64,000 nucleotides of DNA from Gonapodya sp. JEL0774 (GCA_027604505.1 JADIIX010000114.1:1-64000), one strand, 5' to 3'; counted from the first letter of the stretch, positions 12,554 to 25,095 are shown. The notes: a model not told the origin generated them from the sequence alone. A program made the numbers and translations.

Positions 12554-14244
12554 ATGTATACCGGTAGTGCTCACCCTTCCACCCGCCCACGGGGAAACTC
12601 CCACCCTTCCCGTCCCTTCGAGGAAGTTGAACCTCCCCCTACGAGCGGCGGACGTCAAATTCCTATAGGCACGAATTCCACCGCAGCATCTGACTTTTAT
12701 GGATACAGTCATACTGTTCGAAGTGCGGCGGGGGCGCAGCCGTCGTCCACACTTCCGCCAAGGTCGCCTTCACAGACAACGAAACCAGCGAGCCCCTTCT
12801 CCACAACCACCTACTCTACCTCTTACCTGCCCCCTCCTCCTCCTTCCTCGCCCGTAACTCGATTTTCATTTACTCCCTTGTCAACGTCTGGATACCCGTG
12901 GTCTACAACTCCAAAACCCACAAGGTCACTGCCTCGTGGTGTGAATCTGCGTTACCTCGGTGCTGACGAAGAATTCGGGTCCTTTTTCGGGGCTTTTCCT
13001 GGTCATGATCGAGGGACTTACATTTCAAAGTCCCCGCTGTATGCCTCGAGAAGGTGAATATTTTGTCGCTCTCTGCTTCATTTCAAAGATTGTCCCTGCT
13101 CATGTGTTTGCCGAACCACGTCCCGCTACAGAGACATGTGGAACTCTCTCGCCGACGTTGACCGCTGGCCTTTCGCCGGCATATTTCAATGGACACCCTC
13201 ATCCACCAATGGGCCTCACTGGATGGAGGTCGACGAGGACAGGTACAACGACGACATGCGCGAAGCGACGGAGCAGAGCAAACTGAGCGAGGCAGAGCGG
13301 ATACGAAAGGTTGCTGATGAGGAGCGTAAGAGGAAGGAAGCGGAGGAAGAACGAAGGCGGAGGAAAGAGGCGGAGGAGCGGGAGAGGACGCTCAAGAACG
13401 ATCAACTTATTGCAGAGCAACTGCAGAAGGTGAGAATGTGCCGTCAACCCTGAACTTGGAACTTTACCGAGAGAAAACTTTGATCTCGAATGTCACATCA
13501 GGACGAAAACGATCGAGCTGCATACCGTCAATCCTACACCATCTCTCCCTCAGAACCCGTCTACTACCCTTCTGCTTCTGACTACGAGTTTACGTTCACC
13601 CCGCCCGCGTCCCTCACCAACGTTGCATCAAAATCCAGCACCAATCGCGAACGCCTCCTCGCCGCCCTCACGACGGCAGGTTATGCCTATCGGGACGTTG
13701 GCGGTGGGGGTGACTGCCTCTTTCTGTCTCTCTCCGAACAATCGTTTGGCACACCCACCCATCATCTTGCGCTCAGGAACGCAATCGTGGACGAGATCGA
13801 AGCGAACCGGGAATTCTACGAGGAAGATGTGCGGGCCATGATGGGGAGAGACGATAAAGGAGCGTTTGAGGACTATTGCGTGAGAATGAGGAAAGAGGGC
13901 GAATGCGGGGACGCGATTTGCGTGACGGCGTTCACGCGGGTGTTTGAGGCGGATGTGGTGGTCATGTTTTTCGACGCGAAAAAGGGTGAACTAGTGAGTT
14001 GATTTGTTGTTCCATGTCTCTAGCTCTCATTGATCAGTTGCCGTACTATATATAGGGCCGCGTAGTCTTCGAACATTCACCTGAGCAGGAGAGCCCAATC
14101 CACCACCACCACAACACCAAGCCCGAGCGCTCAATCGTCGCTCGTGCAATCCGACACATTGGATGGTACCCTAGCGAGTCGGGACAAGAGGCGATGAATC
14201 ATTACATCTCGGTGTATCCGCCCGACGCAACAACAAGCACGTGA
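12554..14244 (+). CDS. OTU-domain deubiquitinase-like protein with coiled coil and MIU/UIM-like motif
   Basis: 4 exons; Cys box DVGGGGDCLFLSLS, His box NHYISV in last exon; DQLIAEQLQKDE motif. Confidence 0.82.
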
Positions 14245-16109
14245 CAGATCATATGAGACAACTGGGAAAGGTGGGGGTTCCATAGTATCGCAGAATTTGT
14301 ACGTATCTTTTGCAGATCAATTCTCAATTCGATTCTTCTTGGAAATTATTTCCTTTCCGCCATCTGTTCGGGTTAGTAAATTTAGACTGCGAAGAGGAGA
14401 AAGCGCCGGGGGAAAGAAGGAGAGATATCTCATCCTAACCCCCGCTTCCATGAACCCGATCTCGTCTGCCTCCCTTACCATCTTATTTCCACATCACGTA
14501 CATGCAGGCACTGGGCGTTCTTATCCCTTTACTTCTTCTTCACGGCCTCATTTGAATCCGTCGCAGTTTTTTGTTACCACATTTGATTGGTCAGGAGTAG
14601 CTGCGAATGAGAGTGAGGGCTCCAACGGCTGACCTGTGCTGCCAGCATGGGCACGACAAGGCCACACCCGTTCCTTGCCTTCCGCTCCAGCGGGAATACA
14701 GCGTAGCGTACCCGAGTACGCATATATACACACTATTGCTTGGTGGTCGATGTAGCTTAGTTCACAATGTTCTTCATAATAGTTGTAAGTCAATTGCCTC
14801 ACGGAAATGCTAACAAAACCTGACTCGTAATGTTCTTCATTCATTCGAAGCATGGGGAGCAGAGGAGGTCACGGCCGTCAAGTCTGATTCTAGTTCCATC
14901 ACACGAGTTGGGAGCGCGACTGAAACACGCGGATGATCTCATCAGCCGCTATGGTTCACATGTGAGCGTGGGGCTTGTGCCCCACCTGAACCTGAACTGG
15001 TTCTATGAACCAAAACCAAAAGCCTGAACCAGCATTCACCCCATGGGTCCCCCCTTCTGGGAGTACGCACAAGTAATGCCGGTCATTATATGTTGGACGG
15101 GGGGTTTGCCTTCTTGAATTCTGCCTAGTTCCTGGAGCAGAATGATCACATAAATTTGAATTGCCACAGGATCTCCCCATCACTGCTTCTGCGGTAATTC
15201 AAAAGTCATGAAAATGTTGTTTCTGCGCTCCCCTTGCCGCTCCGATCGTCTTTCGACGCTGTTTCCCTTCCACTGAATCGTTTTTCACCAGAAGCGGATC
15301 AATCGCAAACGGGTTCCGACGATCAGACTTCCGAGATATCTCACTAATGAAGTAACTCTCTTTTTGCTCTTTCTGGGCCATCTTTTTCTCTCCTGTGGAC
15401 GCTCACACCGTTCATTCCCTCAATATTCGCTGAACTATTACGTTACTGTGGAATCGCGGAAGGCGACTGGCACTCTCGTCACTCAATGATATTTAAATGA
15501 AATCTACCTGATGATTCTTTTTGATGCAATTGGGAAGGTCTCGTGCGTTGTTAAGATTCAAATTACCCGACTGTTGTAGAATCAGCAGTTTCAGCACACA
15601 CAGTTGCAAAGAGTCGAGGCAACAAAATTGCAATTAAAGCAATGACGTCTGCATGGAGTCTACATCTGCTGACTCTGCGTTCACATTTGAAATAGTCAAA
15701 CCCACAGCGAGCACGCAAATGAGAATATCGGTCGTTTGTCTCTGATTACAGACACGACCGGTCGATTCAACGAACGCGTTTTATGCTATTCGCTGCAGTA
15801 AGTGTCCACTCACTCCCAAACCATGTCAAAGCTGCCATAAAGGCGGATTTGTGTAATTGGTGCACACGGTACAAGGGAAGCGCAAACGGAAATGGGAAAA
15901 ACACATACCAGGCAAAAGCGTTACACAACAGGTCATCTGCTTGAAGGACTATCTCCCCTCCAGCTCAGCAGCACCGTTTTGAATTGAGAAAAGGTGTCAA
16001 TCGTCGTAGGCGTCGCGGTTGTAGCTTGAAACTGGAGTCAAAATCAAATGCTCCTTGTGCTCTACATATACTGTCAAGACAAATATTCCCGCCCGAAATC
16101 AAACTGTCA

Positions 16110-16150
16110 NNNNNNNNNNNNNNNNNNNNNNNNNNNNNNNNNNNNNNNNN
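16110..16150. other. Assembly gap (41 N)
   Basis: Run of N. Confidence 1.
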
Positions 16151-16169
16151 CCTTCTTCTTCCCCACCCG

Positions 16170-16258
16170 CGTCCTCGTCGTTGCGCCGACTCACACGAGG
16201 CGCTCGCAGGTACGTTTCCACTGGCCTCGTCCTCATCGTCGCGCCGACTCACTTGAGG
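16170..16258 (+). repeat. 31-nt imperfect direct repeat, 2 copies
   Basis: CGTCCTCGTCGTTGCGCCGACTCACACGAGG (16170-16200) vs CGTCCTCATCGTCGCGCCGACTCACTTGAGG (16228-16258), 4 mismatches. Confidence 0.85.
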
Positions 16259-16487
16259 TGCTGTCGCAATACCCGCCCGTCCGTCCCTTGGTGGATTTCG
16301 TTTGTCTCTCTTCTTCTTTGTGTGGAGTGGTTGGGTTTTTCCGTGCGATGGGGGTGTATGGGGGCGTGCTGATCATGCGCTCAGGTCAGCCTTTGGGACC
16401 CACGGACGGGTGCACGAACTGATCCGCACTCCGCATTCACAACGTCACACCTGCAACCAAAGTTAGATAGCCCCCCCCACATTCATT

Positions 16488-16827
16488 ATGTCTGAAATCC
16501 GTCATCGACCTGCAAACAAGTCCGGTGCAGCTGATCCTTCAGCAGCCGTATCAACTCCTTCGCAATCGCAGGAACAACCAAAGGTGTGTGGCCTCCCTTA
16601 TGACCGAGGTCAACACTCCAACGCACTCCAACGCAACACCCTCCTATCAGCCCTCCAGTGCCTTCATTCAGTGGGATGTCGTTATTTCAGTCATCATGGT
16701 CCTCCTCGGACTCCGACTACTTTACGTTGGTCTAGGGTTTGGACGGAACGAGTTTGACGTTCTGGGGTGGCTTGACAAGGTTGTGTTGGGGATCGACAAG
16801 ACCGCTGCAACGCAGCTAAAGGAGTAG
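16488..16827 (+). CDS. Small (90 aa) single-pass membrane protein of unknown function
   Basis: Exons 16488-16583 and 16651-16827 join in frame (AAG|GTGTGT..CAG); hydrophobic VVISVIMVLLGLRLLYVGLGF. Confidence 0.65.
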
Positions 16828-17245
16828 TGGAACGCCGTAGACGAAGACACCACGTTCAGTCCAAGGACTGGACCAAGGATTCTTCCTCAAAGAGCAAGGA
16901 AACCTACCTGCCCTACGTGCCGCTTATGTAGAATGAACTGCTCGGATTTATGTAATTTCGGCAGTGCAGGGGATTTTCTCGGGAGGGAAGGACTTCGGTG
17001 TGAGGATATGGGATGTCGTGCTCTGCGCTGTCCGGGTCGTACGATGACTACTGTTTTTTTGAGTTGACTGTATTCCCCATGAATGTATGCCCCAATACTA
17101 CTTGTTCTCCCACAAGTACTAATTGGTTGCATTCCCCACCAACGTGCAAATTTTGCAGTATGTGATTGGGGTTTTCGTGAATCTGCTGTGGTTTCGTTGG
17201 CCATCAGCAGTGCACCAAACGGTCACCAATCACTGAGAACGGGGC

Positions 17246-19053
17246 ATGGCGGTGAGTATCCCCTTCTCCCTAATAAATCCAGCCGTATATTCTCTATCTC
17301 GAAGCAACGGCCGCTTTCTGACTATCCTTTGCAATTTGTCCCAATCTCCATCCACGAAACTTTGATCCATCCAATCGTGTTTTCCACCAACCCATCCCGG
17401 CCACCGTCAAATAGGACCGTAAAAACGTAAACAAGTACTACCCGCCAGGATGGGACCCGTCCAAAGGCTCCATCAACACTTATGTGGGATCACACCCACT
17501 TCGAGAGCGAGCCAAACGGCTCAAGACCGAGGGAATCCTGGTCATCCGGTTCGAAATGCCTTACAACATTTGGTGCGGTGGATGCGGTAACCACATTGGC
17601 ATGGGTGTTCGGTACAATGCGCAGAAGAAGAAGGTCGGCAACTACTTCTCCACCCCGATTCTTCAGTTTCGGATGAAATGCCACCTTTGCGACAACTGGA
17701 TAGAAATCACAACGGATCCAAAAAATGCAGAATATGTTGTCACGGCGGGCGCCAGGCGGAAGAACGAAGAGTACACCGCTGAGGACGCAGAGGTGCTCAA
17801 TTTGGTTTCTGAGGAGCAGCGCAAGAAACTTGCCACCGACCCTATGTATCGACTCGAGCACGAGCAAAAGGATAAGAAAAAGGTGGATGACTTGCGACCC
17901 GTAATTGAGCAACTTCAGGTGCGTGCGGGGTTTCCGGTCTGTGCACTCGAATACCGTCTCCATCCACACCTCTCAACGGTACCAACACATTCAAACTAAA
18001 TCTTCCAACACTTAGGATATCTCCGACATCACGTGGTCCGACCCCTACACCCTCAACTCTCGCCTCCGCCGTGCTCACCGTGCCCAACGCCACCTCGACG
18101 CCGCCATGCAGAAAGAAGCTCACGCAGTTGCCGACAGGCTCAATTTGTCCATTCCCGTGCTTCCAGTAGACGAGAGAGACGAGGTCTCGGCGAAAAGGGC
18201 GGTGGCACTGGAAGGACTTGGGAAGGGAGGTCAGGCGAAGGTGACCGTGGAGGATTTGGAGGAGGGGAAGAAAAAAGTAGTGGACGGGGAGATTTTCGGA
18301 TCCGGGGTTAGGGGACGGGCCTCTATTAGCCACCCCACAGGCTTCTATCGTACCTCATCCTCCCCGTCCTCTACGCCCGCCGGAGTGCTTCCCAACCCAT
18401 CTTCGGTCCCTCCTCTCGCAAAAGACTCCGTCCCTTCTGTTGCTTCTCTCCCTGTTCGCTCTTCCGCCGTGAAACCGTCATCGAATCGTACAACATCATC
18501 CTTCACCCGTCGAGCGGCTAAAGAGCAAGCTACTCGCTCTCACCTCGCCTCTCTTGTTGCACAAGCCAAAAGAGGAAAGGACGGGGCAAGCATGGCCGGT
18601 TTCGGACTTGGAATCGGGGGGAGTGCAGGAAAGAGTGGTTTCGGAATGGGATTGGATCTGGGGTTGACTGTCAGGAAAAGAAAGGTTCGGGAAGAAGACG
18701 AAGGGAATGGCTTAAGCGCTTCTGGTGCAGTTGCTGTGACTTCGGGGTTGGTCATTGCGCAACAGAGCTCCATAATAAGGAAGCCATCACCACCAGCTTT
18801 GATAGCTTCTGGATCCACAAGCACAGCTCTTCCCCTGTCGACCACACCCTCCCCCAGCTCACAACCACGGGAACCGGTGTCTCCCATCTCCTCCACCTTC
18901 CCTATTTCAGACCCGATGTGGCCTCTTTCTGCAGTGCTACAAACGCATGGTGCGGAAGGCGGAGAGGATGATAACATTGATGAGACGCCGGTGTCAGTCG
19001 GCAGTGTAGTGTTGGGTTTATCATATGATAGCGGTAGCGACGGGGAGGATTGA
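17246..19053 (+). CDS. CCDC130: CWC16-family splicing factor, CCDC130/YJU2B-like
   Basis: MA|DRKNVNKYYPPGWDPSKGS..IRFEMPYNIWCGGC..GVRYNA..FRMKCHLC..TDPKNAEY; low-complexity C terminus. Confidence 0.92.
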
Positions 19054-19306
19054 AAGGTTGGTGGGTCGACGTGTGGAAGAGAAAATGAAAGAGCGCCGTG
19101 GGCTAAAGGTGAAGGTCGGGAATTGTATTTTTCACTGCCTCTGGGTAACGTGAATGTTTTCATTAATATTACTGAGCAATTGGAGTTGCGATTTGGTTTC
19201 GCTATTTCAAAGTGAAAAGATTTGTGCAGGTGCCGGCTGTGCAGTATGACCATCGCAACAAAACTGCTGCACACAACACTTCATTCTTTCACACCAGGAC
19301 ACCTCA

Positions 19307-21294
19307 ATGTCGTTCGCAGGAAAGGCAAGTCAAGCCATCCGTAGCCTCTGCGCATCGCTGTCTATGGACCCTCTGACTGGGATGCCTCTCCTTTCGCATT
19401 CCAACTCTTGTATTGGCTACCGTCCTCGTTCCGAAACCGGCGCGCGACGTTTTGCGCTCCCTCATCATCGCGTCCGGCGACCTTTTGCACACTCTCCTTG
19501 TAATACTTGTCTCGCTCTGCCCCTTCCTGCGCCCGGTGGCTTCTGATTCTTTCCGAATCGGTATCTGATCAACTGTCCATTCTTTGACACACTCGATCCA
19601 ATTTCGTCATGGAAACTCGCATCGACGATCGCATGCTGGAATCTCATGGTCTCTGTTTCTACTTTTGCTGTCACCAGGCCATCCGATCCTTGTCCACGAT
19701 TCCCGCTCGAGGTATGGCGACCGCAGCGGCGCCAGCTGCTCCTGCCGTCAAGGCGCCGGTTATGAAGTCGTTCCAGATTTACAGATGGGTGAGTTTATGG
19801 GATGCTCAACCTGGGGGTGGTTGCTTCAAGTGATATGGAACGGGTGTGGTGGTCAGCAGCGGAGTTGGATCTGGCTGTCCGAATTGCATCTTGATCGTCT
19901 CACAATCAAGATGACCGTGACGAAGAGGGGATATAGGGATGTCAAGGAGGCGTGAGTCTCGGGAACACCTTGGAGGTCTCGGTGCTCAGAAACCACCTCT
20001 AGTGGGCCTTCCACGAACTTGCCATCAGCAAGCAATGCAGAGGGGGGCCGGGAACCTTACTTCGTTGATTTCAGCGTGTAGGCGGTCTGACAATTCTTCG
20101 GCAACGGTACACCCCATCAGGACCCTGCCCAACCATCCTCGAAACCCTACATGCAGGAGTATAAAATTGATATCAACTCCTGTGGTCCCATGGTTCTTGA
20201 TGCGTTGCTCAAAATTAAAAACGAGATGGACCCCACACTGACGTTCAGGAGGTCGTGCAGGGAAGGTGAGTTTCCAAGCTACATGCATATATTCGGGAGT
20301 GGCTATTGCCCTTTGTAGGGTATTCAGGGCTTCTTTGCAGTGAGACATTGTTGGTCGAGCTCGATGGTTGCCGTGTCGGCAATTGAGTTATAGTTTGGTG
20401 AGCGAGGGGAATGACACATCTTCTATCATGTGTTTGCAAGAGAAGTGCACTATGAGGAGAGGACATTCGGATAGAGTTTTCGAAAGTCCTGTTTCCCCTC
20501 CTTCTCATTTGCAACTTGTTCACTCGATCTTCACTTCAGGCATTTGCGGTTCATGTGCAATGAACATCGGCGGCGGCAACACTCTTGCTTGTATTGCGAA
20601 AATTGAACGTGACTCCACTCCCATCAAAATCTACCCCCTGCCACATATGTACGTGGTCAAGGACTTGGTACCTGACTTGACCCACTTTTACAGACAGTAC
20701 AGAAGCATTGAAGTGAGCTTTGGTGCATGTGAAATCAATTCATTTGTGCTTAATGCTACAATTCTCCCTTTCCAACTGAAACGATAGCCCTACCTCAAGC
20801 AGAAAACCGGCCCCCCAGCCAACGGCAAGGAAAATCTCCAATCCATAGAAGATCGCAAGAAACTCGACGGTCTGTACGAGTGGTAAGTTGCCTTTCCCGC
20901 TGTAGCGCTCTCGGTTTTCATCGGGATGTCCCCATTTTCTCATTGACTCTTTTTGTTTTCTCTCAGCATTCTCTGTGCTTGCTGCTCGACGTCCTGCCCG
21001 TCGTACTGGTGGAACTCGGACGTTTACCTCGGACCTGCTGTGCTCATGCAGGCATACCGCTGGATGATTGGTGAGGGGTTTGCGAACCCTGCAAGCATCT
21101 GTCGTTCCGAACTAACCATTCGCGCTCTATTAATAGACTCCCGTGACCAATTTGGTCCCGAACGTCGTGCCGCCATGCAGAACTCTTTCTCCGTATACAG
21201 ATGCCACACTATCATGAACTGCGCTAAGACCTGCCCTAAAGGATTGAACCCGGGGAAGGCGATCGCTGAAATTAAGAAGATGATGGCTTCGTGA
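19307..21294 (+). CDS. SDH2: Succinate dehydrogenase iron-sulfur subunit, 7 exons
   Basis: [65 protein letters not shown]; first intron GC-AG. Confidence 0.97.
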
Positions 21295-21525
21295 GTTTTT
21301 TGTTTGTTTGTGAGCTGTAGTGCGTATCTTAATCGGTGTTTCTTTCAGGGAGTGAACATGAGTGCTTGTAGAATGTTCAATTGGGTAGATTAGTAACGCT
21401 TTGCAAAGTGTACCAGAAATATAATACGGATTCGAAACTCTTGTGGTGCGTGGGGTAGGTAAGATGAAGGCGGGCGAAATTAGGTGGAACACATAAAACA
21501 ACCCTCTTTCTTGTCATTTCATTAC

Positions 21526-23796
21526 ATGCCACCTTCTCCGATCCGCAAGCCGAAAAGTCATCGAGCTGGGCCATATGTGAAACCAGCACTGACTCCAATC
21601 GAACCCGCGGATGCGGCATCGTCCTTTCTTCGAACATGGACTCGTTCCACAGAAGTCAACCAGCTCGCACTCGAGAGTGGTGTGCAAGTCCGCAAGGGCA
21701 AATTCACGAATGACGAACGAGATAAAATCATGGCGGTGGTCAAACGTTACATGGATGAGAATGGTATTGGTGATGATGAAGTGGAGATTTTGATTTACAG
21801 GCGAAGAAAGGGAGGACAAGACCAGCGAAGCAAAGAGTTTTGGAAGGAAGTGGTAAGATGAATCGTGTGGGTCATGGCAATCCCTATGACTCTGACTTTT
21901 TCACTTGCCATCAATGGTACTCCACTGTCACCTCAAGGGGGCTGTGCTCCCTGACCGCCCGTTGGACTCAGTTTATCGTGCTGTTCAACGTTGGTATGAT
22001 CCACGAGCTCGAAAAGGTCCGTGGACGCCGGCCGAGGATAAACAGCTCTTAGCGCTACAATTGATGCTCGGAAGTCGATGGGCAGATATTGGGGATAAGA
22101 TGGACAGGTGGCCAGCTGCGTGCAGGCAAAGATACCGTATTTTAATGGAGATGGAAGAAGCTCGATTGAATAAAGGTGGGCCTGGAATCTCGGCGACAGT
22201 ACTCTGATCTGGAGTGATGATCTCATCCCGTAGGACGGTTTACCAAGGAGGAAGAAGATACATATGATAAAACGGTAAAAGGTCTCATTGCCAAGGGTGG
22301 GGATCCTTCATCGGACAACTCTGAATTCTGGAAGAAAGTTGCCGAGAAAGTTGGTACGCGAACGGCAGCGCAATGTTCTAACAAGTGGTAGGTCTCAATC
22401 CGTGAGACGACCTGTCGTCAAAAGCTTTCTGTTCGATGAATTGCAAGTGAATAGGCGAATGTCTGCTCAAAGAACTATTGGCGCGAACCAGCACGACAGG
22501 TGGACCACTCAGGATATGATGAAGCTCTGCAACAAGTGAGAGTTCTTGATAGAATATAGGGTGATTGGTGCTAATGATGGCGCCTGAAGGATACGTTCAT
22601 TGAATGTTGCAGACGAATCGGACATCGTTTGGAGAGACTTATCTGAACCAAACTGGGCATGGTGACTACGATATGCCCCAGCACATCGCTGAGAGTTTGA
22701 TAATCAACTGGTCTTCTAATTCTCAATTGACTCAGGAGCTCCGATTTTCTCCGACACAAATGGATGCGCTTCCGTGACAACGTGCCAGAGTTCGACCCAA
22801 AAATGAAGACTTTCAAAGGTTAGATAAATCATCCACTTCTTCTTGACGTGCCGTTGAAAGAGCATCTCCACTCCAACAAATGTTGTTACAGAGTTCGTTG
22901 AGGAGGCCATAAATACCGTGCAAAACCGGGTTGGGGATGAACATGTGTTTGACAGCGATGAGGAGGCCAATTTTGACTTGGAATCGGTACAACGACCCGG
23001 CACTGGAATTGCAACGACTGACACTGCTCCGAAAGTTTTTTTCAAGGCGGGGAATCCTCCGAAGACTTCAAGCAGAGGTCATGGAGGCAGTACATTTGCA
23101 GGGGCTCAACTGGATGTTGCCAGAGAACCTCTTCCATCGTCTCATAATGTGTCACGGAAGCTCAAAGACAGCCAACCACGCCCCCACAAGACAATAAAGA
23201 GGAGTTTTGGAGTTGAGCAGAAGTCCAGCAATGCCACCAACGACTCGGAAAATCCCCCCCAAACCATTCTCTCATCTCGACGAGCCTTTGATGGGTCGGC
23301 CGCGTCAGCGAAAATTAACGATCGAAATGAGAGTGAGCCGAGCGGTGATGAGTCAGAGTCATCGTTGCGAGTAACCGGTGTCGAACAGTCGATTAAGTCA
23401 ACATTGCCCATCAGTGCAAACGTCAAGCGTTCAGCAAACACTTTGGTGGCACGAAAGCTCTCTGCCTCACCGAATCTATCCCCGAGGACACATTTGGCTT
23501 CGAAGCCGAAGCGGCGCGCTGGACAAGCTCGTGATGATTTTGATTCTGCAACGGAAGAGGATTCCATGTGTTCTGAAAGGTCGCTGGCCGAGTTTATCGA
23601 TGGGAAAGAGATTACCCGTAGTGACCAAAGAAAATTGATTGGAGTCGGAGAAGAGGTGACGGGAAGACGGAGTTTGGAAGGTCCCGATGACGATGTTTCG
23701 AAGCAGAAACCTGGAAAGGACCGGGCCGAGAAGAGCAAGAAAAGGGAAAAGAAGAAAACAAGAAAAAATAAAGGCGTTGAGTGTATCATTACTTAG
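21526..23796 (+). CDS. Myb-repeat DNA-binding protein, Reb1/TTF1/DMTF1-like
   Basis: KGKFTNDE, KGPWTPAEDKQL..GSRWADIG, FWKKVAEKVGTRTAAQCSNKW, RWTTQD; disordered Lys-rich C terminus. Confidence 0.85.
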
Positions 23797-23897
23797 CCAA
23801 TTACATAAATTGAAAGAATGGTTTTGCATTTCTTTGGCATTTGTCCAAACAGCTGGCACAGTTCTGGAGCATCCAGCACAGACACGTTGTACACAAA

Positions 23898-25095
23898 ATG
23901 GCAATGAGGAAAACCAAAATTTTTGCGGGGTCGTCTCATCCTGAGCTCGCTTCCTTGATTGTGGACCGGCTTGGTGTCCCTCTCGCGCCTGCGTTCTTCA
24001 AGAAGTTTCCCAACCAGGAAATGACAGTGGAGATTGGAACCTCTGTTCGAGACGAGGATGTGTTCATTATTCAGAGCGGATCTGCATCGGTGAATGACAA
24101 CTTAATGGAGCTGCTGCTCATGGTTAACGCCTGTAAAATGGCGAGCGCTGGGAGGATCACCGCAGTGTGAGTGACAGGACCAACGTGCCCACGAAATCTT
24201 TTAGCAAGCTGACAAGCTCTCCGCTCAAATCATATGTAACTGGCGTGATCCTTGCTCATAGCCTTCCGTACTTCCCCTATGCGAAACAGTCCAAGAAGAA
24301 GAAGGTCCGGTCTGCGATCGCTGCCAAACGTGAGCTTTACCGACGCGTTCGATGAACGAAGCGATTCCAAAAAGAGTCTATGCGCAGTTGTTGCCCAGAT
24401 GATTGGCGTGGCAGGAGTTGACCACGTAATCACCATGGACCTACACGGGTCCCAGATGCAAGGATTCTTCTCCAAACCAGTCGACAATCTACTGGCTGAA
24501 CCTGCAATTGCACGACATATCATGGACCGAATACCAGAATACCAAAATGGTGTGGTGGTCAGCAAGAACGTTGGAGGGGCGAAGCGTGTCACCAGTTTAG
24601 CGGACCGTTTGAGGATGGATTTTGCACTGGTACACAGGGAGCGGTTAGGAGCAGGGCTGGGTATTGACGAGGAGGATTCCAAATTGACACTGGTCGGTGA
24701 TGTGTCGGGACGGATATGCTTCATTGTGGTTCGTACTGGTGGTAGTTTCGGTCTAGGATCAATCAAAGTACTCATCCATCACTGGGTTATGAAAGGACGA
24801 CGTTATGGATGATGTTCATGGCGTCTGCGAAGCAGCTGTTCACTTGGTCTCCTGTCGTGCCACAAGAGTTTACGTCATTGGCACTCACGGCATATTGTCT
24901 GACAGCGCCTTAGAGCTAATTGAAACATGCGACGCGATTTGTGAGATAATCGTTACCAATACGTATCCCATCAGTGAAGAAAAGCGTAAAATGACAAGGA
25001 AGCTGCGGAGCATTGATATCAGTGGCGTGTTGGCGGAAGCGATCCGAAGGACGCACAACGGCGAAAGTATAAGCTACCTCTTTTACACTGCGTGA
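23898..25095 (+). CDS. Ribose-phosphate pyrophosphokinase family member, PRPSAP/Prs5-like (probably non-catalytic)
   Basis: [60 protein letters not shown]; 4 exons; degenerate active-site motifs. Confidence 0.9.

Noticed and set aside
17252..17414. CCDC130 intron 1 as a structured intron
   Set aside because: 163 nt but pyrimidine-rich with only a 5-bp stem; kept as a counter-example
19225..19306. Iron-responsive element in the SDH2 5' UTR
   Set aside because: A TGTGCAG/CTGCACA stem exists but there is no CAGUGN apical loop with bulged C
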